A stretch of 54,189 bases of DNA from Dehalococcoidia bacterium (lineage in GTDB: Bacteria > Chloroflexota > Dehalococcoidia > Dehalococcoidales > RBG-16-60-22): contig DUFB01000068.1 in assembly GCA_011192005.1 (NCBI GenBank), positions 1-54,189 of the forward strand, in the 5' to 3' direction. A program made the position numbers and the translations under genes. Positions 48,368-54,189 of the stretch are shown piece after piece (positions within the stretch are counted from its first letter, which is position 1; every line of letters begins with the position of its first letter). The notes under the pieces are model-generated. The model did not search any database, was not told where the DNA came from, and worked only from the letters and a program-made list of their open reading frames with translations.

Positions 48368-49705
48368 ATGGAAAAAGAGTGGTCAGCATTATCCCAGGAA
48401 GAGAAGCGTGATAGAAGACTGCAGGATTATATCTCTGGAAAAGGGATAAATTTCCGTGATGCCAAGGCAGAAAAATTTTATAAAGAGCGGGTAACCCGCA
48501 TTCTGAAAGCAAATATGTGTGAAGAACCTGACCGCGTTCCGGTTTCACTGCCCACCGGTAACTATCCGGCTTACTATGCCGGTACCAACCTAAAGACGGT
48601 CATGTACGATTATAAAATCCTGGTGAGTTCCTGGAAGAAGTTCATGGAGGATTTCTACGAAGACATGGACAGCTTCATGGGTCCCGGACTGATATGGCCG
48701 GGTAAGATGCTGGAAACCCTCCGGTACAAGCCCTATAAGTGGCCCGGACACGGGGTGGGGGATGATGTAAGCACCTACCAGTTCGTCGAGGAGTCCTATA
48801 TGAGGCCCGATGAATACGACGCCCTGATGAAAGACCCCTCGGATTTCTCTTTCCGCGTGCTGGTACCACGGACGATACTGGCTGCCGAAGAGTTGAAAAA
48901 CTTTCCGCCGCTCCACAATTTCATGGGTATGCCCATGATTATGGCCTACCCCTTCGCCCGACCGGAAATGAGGGAGGTCTTTAAAAAGTTCATCGAGGCC
49001 GGTGAAGAAATGGAACGATGGCAGAAAGAAATTATGGCTTTTAACATCGAGCTCCTGGAAGCCGGTTTCCCCATGAGCAGAGGCGGGTTGGCGGTAGCGC
49101 CGTTCGATGTCATCGGCGACTTCCTCCGGGGAACCCAGGGAGCGGCCATCGATATGTTCCGCCAGCCGGAAAAGCTCCTGGAATGCATCGATATGATTAC
49201 AGAACTGACCATACCCAGGTTGATAGATTCCGTCAACATGGCCAAAGGTCATTCGGTAGGCTTCCCCCTCCACAAGGGCGACGACACTTTTATGTCACGA
49301 AAGCAATTTGAGAAATTTTACTGGCCCAGCTTGAAAAAGGTCATGGATGCCTTGATAGAAGAGGGAATAATGGTATTCCTGTTTGCCGAGGGAGCCTATA
49401 ATCAGAGGCTGGAGTATATAGGTGACTTCCCCAAAGGCTGGGTAACCTGGATGTTCGACCATACGGACATGGCTAATGCCAAGAAGATGGTCGGTAAGAC
49501 CTGCTGCATCAGCGGCAATGTTCCCGCCTCATTGATGATTACCGGCACTCCCCAGGAAATCAAGGAGTACTGCCGTAAACTCATCGAAACCTGCGCCCCC
49601 GGGGGCGGGTACGTTCTTACCGGTGGCTGCACAGCTACCGAAACCAAGAACCCGGACAATTTCCGTGCTTTTATGGAAGCCGCCATCGAATACGGAACTT
49701 ATTAA
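48368..49705 (+). CDS. Uroporphyrinogen decarboxylase / MtaA-CmuA methyltransferase superfamily protein
   Basis: EPDRVPV, LRG..DMFRQPE, FYWPSLKK, CISGNVP, GGGYVL; AAGGAG RBS. Confidence 0.87.
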   Translation: MEKEWSALSQEEKRDRRLQDYISGKGINFRDAKAEKFYKERVTRILKANMCEEPDRVPVSLPTGNYPAYYAGTNLKTVMYDYKILVSSWKKFMEDFYEDMDSFMGPGLIWPGKMLETLRYKPYKWPGHGVGDDVSTYQFVEESYMRPDEYDALMKDPSDFSFRVLVPRTILAAEELKNFPPLHNFMGMPMIMAYPFARPEMREVFKKFIEAGEEMERWQKEIMAFNIELLEAGFPMSRGGLAVAPFDVIGDFLRGTQGAAIDMFRQPEKLLECIDMITELTIPRLIDSVNMAKGHSVGFPLHKGDDTFMSRKQFEKFYWPSLKKVMDALIEEGIMVFLFAEGAYNQRLEYIGDFPKGWVTWMFDHTDMANAKKMVGKTCCISGNVPASLMITGTPQEIKEYCRKLIETCAPGGGYVLTGGCTATETKNPDNFRAFMEAAIEYGTY

Positions 49706-49724
49706 AACCGGATAATTATAAATG

Positions 49725-49760
49725 AAAGAAAGCCTCCTGAAATTCGGGAGGCTTTCTTTT
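49725..49760. terminator. Bidirectional intrinsic terminator
   Basis: AAAGAAAGCCTCCTGA-AAT-TCGGGAGGCTTTCTTT between convergent genes. Confidence 0.85.
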
Positions 49761-49782
49761 ACTATGTATATTATACCCCTGA

Positions 49783-50532
49783 TCAGTCTGCGCCCAGCGG
49801 TTTCAAACAGGCGTTCCGCACCGCTTCGCTGGTCTCTTTTCCGGTTACCGGGTGTTTAAAATGGAAGGGAAAGATATACCCGGATACATAACGCAGGTCA
49901 TCAGGGTCTATTGGTATATCGGGTACGGGCATGGGAACCCGGGGTCTCTGACCTTCATTCTGTGACGCCGACGGGGCTTCACCCTTAACAAAGCGCCCGC
50001 CGATATCCTCCGGCATAGCCCATCCTTCCGGTATTCTCACACCGTATGGTATGACCCATTTGACAGAGAGCATTTTCCAGATGCCGTCTTCCTTGATATA
50101 CCTCATCTCGTATATGCCGCTGGTTAACGACCCGCCGTTGACTTTACCTCTGTCCGACCAGAAAATACCACCGAAAACGTACCATCTCCCCTTGGCCGTC
50201 CTGCCGTCCGGGGCGACGGTGATAAGACCGGCGGTAGGCATCAGCTGGTGGGAAAACCCCGGAGGGGCATCACCACTGGCGACACGCGCAAAATACTTCT
50301 TTACTCCTTCTTTACCCAGCCATTTGCCTTCGAGCCAGTCCAAAACCACATCGGGACTATCCGAAAAACAGTCGATGATGGCGTCGCCCAGCATGTGCTC
50401 AACGTAGTAATTATAGGCTTTTTGCAGTCTTTTTATCGCCTCGATGTCTTCCAGCAGGGTAATCTTCTTCTCCTGAGCCTTAACCTGCTCTTCCAGGGCT
50501 TTAAGTCTGGATTCCATTGCCGCCATGTCCAT
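49783..50532 (-). CDS. SnoaL-like / NTF2 family protein
   Basis: LEDIEAIKRLQ..Y.YY, ITVAPDGRTAKGRW, Y.MRYIKEDGIWK. Confidence 0.85.
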   Translation of the reverse strand: MDMAAMESRLKALEEQVKAQEKKITLLEDIEAIKRLQKAYNYYVEHMLGDAIIDCFSDSPDVVLDWLEGKWLGKEGVKKYFARVASGDAPPGFSHQLMPTAGLITVAPDGRTAKGRWYVFGGIFWSDRGKVNGGSLTSGIYEMRYIKEDGIWKMLSVKWVIPYGVRIPEGWAMPEDIGGRFVKGEAPSASQNEGQRPRVPMPVPDIPIDPDDLRYVSGYIFPFHFKHPVTGKETSEAVRNACLKPLGAD

Positions 50533-50745
50533 TCTCAGTCTCCTTCTCCCGTATTGTCGAGCTATAAATCCTAAATTACACCAGATTAGCGTAATTTTTT
50601 CAGGCTAAACCCGTAGACGGTGTCCCATTCTCCGCGATAAAAAGCGGTACCGGCCTGCTGATCTTACTTAAATCTAGAGGCAGGCGGTATAATCGTCATG
50701 GAACGAAAACCAGAGCAGTTTTCTTGATTATATATAAATTACGTA

Positions 50746-51528
50746 TTATGGGAACTGCGATGCCAGAAAGGTAATATAGTATATATTGTCGGATTTTATG
50801 ACTCTCACCGCTCCATAGGCGGCATCTTCAGCAAGGATATTATCTTCATACGATAACACATGAGCCTGCCAGATTGTCATGGCCGCATTAACAAGCCTGT
50901 CCAGCGAGCTATATCCCGTGGCCATAAAAGCCCTCTGAAACGGAACCGCATGAGTCGTGTATTGCTCCAGTTGTTTGGATACCACCATATTCTGGCAATT
51001 CACCAGAGCCCAGTTTACCAGATTTGGACCAATCTGTAATTCATTCAGACCGCTGGCCACCCTTACCTGATTTATCAGGTCGAATAACGCCTGCTCTATA
51101 TTTTCTTCATTAACCTCCGCAGCCGCTCCTACCATAGCATCATACTGTGCCTTCAGTACATCATAATCATAGGCACAATCGGCTAACTCGTTGATTTTTA
51201 TATCAATCTCTTCCGCCAGCTGGGCAAGTTCACTTTCCAGTTCGTCAATCCGAGCTTCCATCGTCGCTATTTCACCAAGATTGGTTGTATTCTGTTCGGA
51301 TAATTCATCGTACTGAACCACCAGCGCATCATATTGCGAATCACACTGCGCTTGCAGAAGCTGAGCTGCCGCCAGATCGTCCTGTAATTGAACAAGCTGA
51401 GCGTGAGCTTCTTCATATTGTGCCACCAGGATATCATATTCGGCCTGCAGGTCATCTTGGCCACAGGAACTCAAACCCGCGAGAACAAGTATACTTAATA
51501 ATACAATCCCGATTATTATATTTTTCAT
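50746..51528 (-). CDS. Lipoprotein with coiled coil and degenerate CAP/SCP-like domain
   Basis: Lipobox LSSC, acidic heptad region, EQALFDLINQVRVASGL, YYIT..F. Confidence 0.55.
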   Translation of the reverse strand: MKNIIIGIVLLSILVLAGLSSCGQDDLQAEYDILVAQYEEAHAQLVQLQDDLAAAQLLQAQCDSQYDALVVQYDELSEQNTTNLGEIATMEARIDELESELAQLAEEIDIKINELADCAYDYDVLKAQYDAMVGAAAEVNEENIEQALFDLINQVRVASGLNELQIGPNLVNWALVNCQNMVVSKQLEQYTTHAVPFQRAFMATGYSSLDRLVNAAMTIWQAHVLSYEDNILAEDAAYGAVRVIKSDNIYYITFLASQFP

Positions 51529-51666
51529 TTCCCACCATCCTCAATATTATTTACTATAATATTATCATAATATTGTAATATTCGCTTCCCTACTTTGTAC
51601 CTATATTAAGCATTACTATAGGGCATTTCTCAGAAACAGGCAATATCCAGAAAACACAGGAATGCA

Positions 51667-52818
51667 TCAGTCTAAAACTAATTCCGATTCCTCGTCAACC
51701 TCATAATCCTGGGAGGCCCGATAGACAGTATTATCTCTGGCAGTTACCTTAGAACCCCCTGCATTTTCTTTAAGTAATGGTGAAAAAGGCCGGCTCAATG
51801 AAGATAGCTGGTAATCGTATATAGCCATGGCTACCTGGGTGCAGTCTATTCCGTTATTTTTCAATTCCACTTTTCTTCCATTCCTGATTTCTATACCGTT
51901 TTGTCCGGCCAATGTAATGCGATTTCGTTCGATGGAAACCAGGCTCGAGTCTTCAACCAATATACCGTGCCCCCACCCCTGCTGGTATTTTTCAGGTTGC
52001 AGGGCATGCACAGGCACCGTCCAATCAACTCCCGTTCCTTCTATCCAGTTGTCACTGATGGTAATATCGGCCTCCCAGCTGTTGTATTCCACGATAATAG
52101 CCGACCATCCCGTATTCCGGATAACGTTGGAAGTGACCAGACTGTGCGAAGCGTTCCTGTAATCCTCGAAATCTATGGCGTCCTGTCCGGTATACTCGAT
52201 TATATTGCGAGTTATCTCGACGAAGGCATCTGGAGAGGCTTCCCGGTTCATGATAAGGATGGCGTGGGGAAAGCTGCCGTAGAAATAGTTCCCCGCCACA
52301 AACACCGAAGAACCCTCACCGATGACCAGTGCATTATGTCCGTTGTTATTTTCGAACCTGCTTCCCGTTACCTCGGCTTTACTGTCGTGTATGCCCAGCC
52401 CGATATAGTTGTCAGTGAACTGGCAGTTCACCACAGATATGTTCTCAGACTGGTATACCATCAGTGCCGTCTGTTCGTATGCGTTTAGCCCGGTATAAAT
52501 GGAGTTGCGAAATGACACGTTATTTCTATTATTCACGAACACCTGGCTGTTGACGAACATGGTATTCCTGATTTCAATATCGTCACCGTTAACCACCACC
52601 TCGGTGTTTTCAAACAGATAGCCTTCTAAACTGCTTTCAAGACTATACCTCTGGTCTTTTATCTGGACATCCGGTACGGAAAGAGTGAATTTTTCAGGCA
52701 TATCAATATCAGGGGGAACGGTTGGGAATAACAAAGGGGTCCTATCAGATGCGATACTACAGCCCGAGGCCAGAACGAGAAAAACAGAGAAGAAAGATAG
52801 CAACAGCGCCTTCTTCAT
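51667..52818 (-). CDS. Right-handed parallel beta-helix lipoprotein
   Basis: Lipobox ASGC; Asn-rich repeats (NCQF, SRFENN, GNYF, RNII, SNVI, DNWI, RNRI). Confidence 0.75.
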   Translation of the reverse strand: MKKALLLSFFSVFLVLASGCSIASDRTPLLFPTVPPDIDMPEKFTLSVPDVQIKDQRYSLESSLEGYLFENTEVVVNGDDIEIRNTMFVNSQVFVNNRNNVSFRNSIYTGLNAYEQTALMVYQSENISVVNCQFTDNYIGLGIHDSKAEVTGSRFENNNGHNALVIGEGSSVFVAGNYFYGSFPHAILIMNREASPDAFVEITRNIIEYTGQDAIDFEDYRNASHSLVTSNVIRNTGWSAIIVEYNSWEADITISDNWIEGTGVDWTVPVHALQPEKYQQGWGHGILVEDSSLVSIERNRITLAGQNGIEIRNGRKVELKNNGIDCTQVAMAIYDYQLSSLSRPFSPLLKENAGGSKVTARDNTVYRASQDYEVDEESELVLD

Positions 52819-52829
52819 ACCATTTATCA

Positions 52830-52892
52830 AGACTACCCTACCTACCGGGGCGTGTCAATAAATTGACAATAAGTACCTTTTTACGTTATATT
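52830..52892. promoter_or_regulatory. Back-to-back divergent promoters
   Basis: TGTCAA-TAAA-TTGACA (52853-52868). Minus -10 TAGTCT at N17; plus -10 TATATT at N18. Confidence 0.5.
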
Positions 52893-53027
52893 TCAACACC
52901 GAAAGCAAAATATACCTCTTTTTCGCAAAGCAGGCATTATGACAACCGCACGTACCGATATTTTACGCAATCCGAATAATAAAATATAATCTATAGCTTT
53001 CATTTAAATATTTTTAAGGAGGATAAG

Positions 53028-53657
53028 ATGGCAACAATTGAAGAACTGCAGAAGAGAATCCAGAGGCTCGAGGACATCAAGCAGATAGAGAAGCTGCAGA
53101 GAATTTACGGCTATTACCGCGACTACGAGGATTGGGAGAAGGTGGTCGACCTTTTCAGCGATAATGCCGATTCCGTCGAGGAGTGCGATTACGGTGTCTA
53201 CAAGGGCAAAGAGGGCGTCCGCCGGTATTACATCGACCTTCTCAAGGGGGGCAAGAATGTCAAGCCCCGGCCCGGTTACATGTCCATCGGCATGCAGATT
53301 CAGGGCGTGGTCACCGTCGACCCCGATGGCAAGAACGCCAGGGGACGCTGGTACGGTTTCTTTGTGGAAGCACGCCCTACCCTCACCCTCCACGACGGCG
53401 AGTTACGCCAGCTGTGGGCCCATGGCATCTATGAGAACGAGTATATCAAGGAGAACGGCAAGTGGCTGTTCAAGAAACTTCATTTCTTCCTTAATTTCCG
53501 CACCCCCTACGAAGACGGCTGGCTGAAGACACCGGTGGTCGGGCATAACGGGCCCAGTCCGGATGTTCCACCCGATGCCCCACCCACCACTTGGCGTCCC
53601 TACCCCTTCGGCTACCACTTCCCCGTCCACTTCAAGCACCCGATTACCGGCAAATAA
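53028..53657 (+). CDS. SnoaL-like / NTF2 family protein
   Basis: LEDIKQIEKLQRIYGYY.D, VDLFS, ARGRW, YENEYIKENGKW; AAGGAGG RBS. Confidence 0.88.
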   Translation: MATIEELQKRIQRLEDIKQIEKLQRIYGYYRDYEDWEKVVDLFSDNADSVEECDYGVYKGKEGVRRYYIDLLKGGKNVKPRPGYMSIGMQIQGVVTVDPDGKNARGRWYGFFVEARPTLTLHDGELRQLWAHGIYENEYIKENGKWLFKKLHFFLNFRTPYEDGWLKTPVVGHNGPSPDVPPDAPPTTWRPYPFGYHFPVHFKHPITGK

Positions 53658-53671
53658 TAAGGCGGTCTAGC

Positions 53672-54189
53672 ATGAACCTTGAAGAACTGGAAAAACAGGT
53701 AACACGCCTGGAGGATATTCAGGAGATAGAAAACCTCCAGAAGCTATACGGTTATTATTTCGATAACGCGATGTACCAGGAAGTAATCGACCTTTTCTCC
53801 GAAAATACCGAGTCGGTTGAAGTTACCGACCACGGTGTATTTCGCGGCAAAGAAGGCGTAAACAGGATGTACGCCGGCATGGTAGGCATGCCGCGACCGG
53901 GATGGATGTTCTTTGAGGTTATGCAGTCGCAGGGCGTTATCGAAATCACCCCGGACGGTAAGACGGCTACAGGACGCTGGTACACTCCGTCGTTCGAATG
54001 CCGGCCCTTCGGCGGTACGAAGAAGCAGACCTGGCAGTTCGGTGTGTATGACAACGAGTACATCAAGGAAAACGGCAGGTGGTATTTCAAGAAGTTGCAT
54101 TGGAACCTGACCTACTGGACGTCTTTCGAGAGGGGGTTTCTCAAGGTACCCAGGCTCTCGGATACACCGTTTCCGCACGCGGACGCACC
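53672..54189 (+). CDS. SnoaL-like / NTF2 family protein, truncated by the window end (absent from the ORF track)
   Basis: Manual translation: MNLEELEKQVTRLEDIQEIENLQKLYGYYFD...ATGRW...YDNEYIKENGRWYFKKLH; open to the end of the window. Confidence 0.85.
   Translation, partial: MNLEELEKQVTRLEDIQEIENLQKLYGYYFDNAMYQEVIDLFSENTESVEVTDHGVFRGKEGVNRMYAGMVGMPRPGWMFFEVMQSQGVIEITPDGKTATGRWYTPSFECRPFGGTKKQTWQFGVYDNEYIKENGRWYFKKLHWNLTYWTSFERGFLKVPRLSDTPFPHADA

Overview
Gene-dense window from an anaerobic bacterium; the gene content suggests Dehalococcoidia (Chloroflexota), which is an inference. About 45 CDSs; no rRNA, tRNA, CRISPR array or intact mobile element was seen. The left part is catabolic: IclR, a TRAP transporter, three DUF169 genes, a CocE/NonD hydrolase, an SDR, two bis-MGD Mo/W enzymes (transhydroxylase-like and acetylene-hydratase-clade), an aldehyde:ferredoxin oxidoreductase, and a FAD/Fe-S(CCG)/FAD operon. 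It also holds a Fur/Zur-controlled metal ABC operon with a visible operator. The right part has a TackOD1-like protein next to a GT2 synthase, a presenilin-like protease, lemA-htpX, a hybrid kinase/REC/HD-GYP cascade, two URO-D family proteins and three SnoaL-like proteins. The main result is two probable selenoproteins that the ORF track splits at in-frame UGA codons. One is a C_GCAxxG_C_C-family protein (6524-7348, UGA at 6620) that closes the TRAP-DUF169-DUF169 operon and has a SECIS-like hairpin. The other is an orphan GrdB/PrdB-like UxxC protein (36341-37567, UGA at 36803). All family calls come from motif recognition by eye, not database searches.
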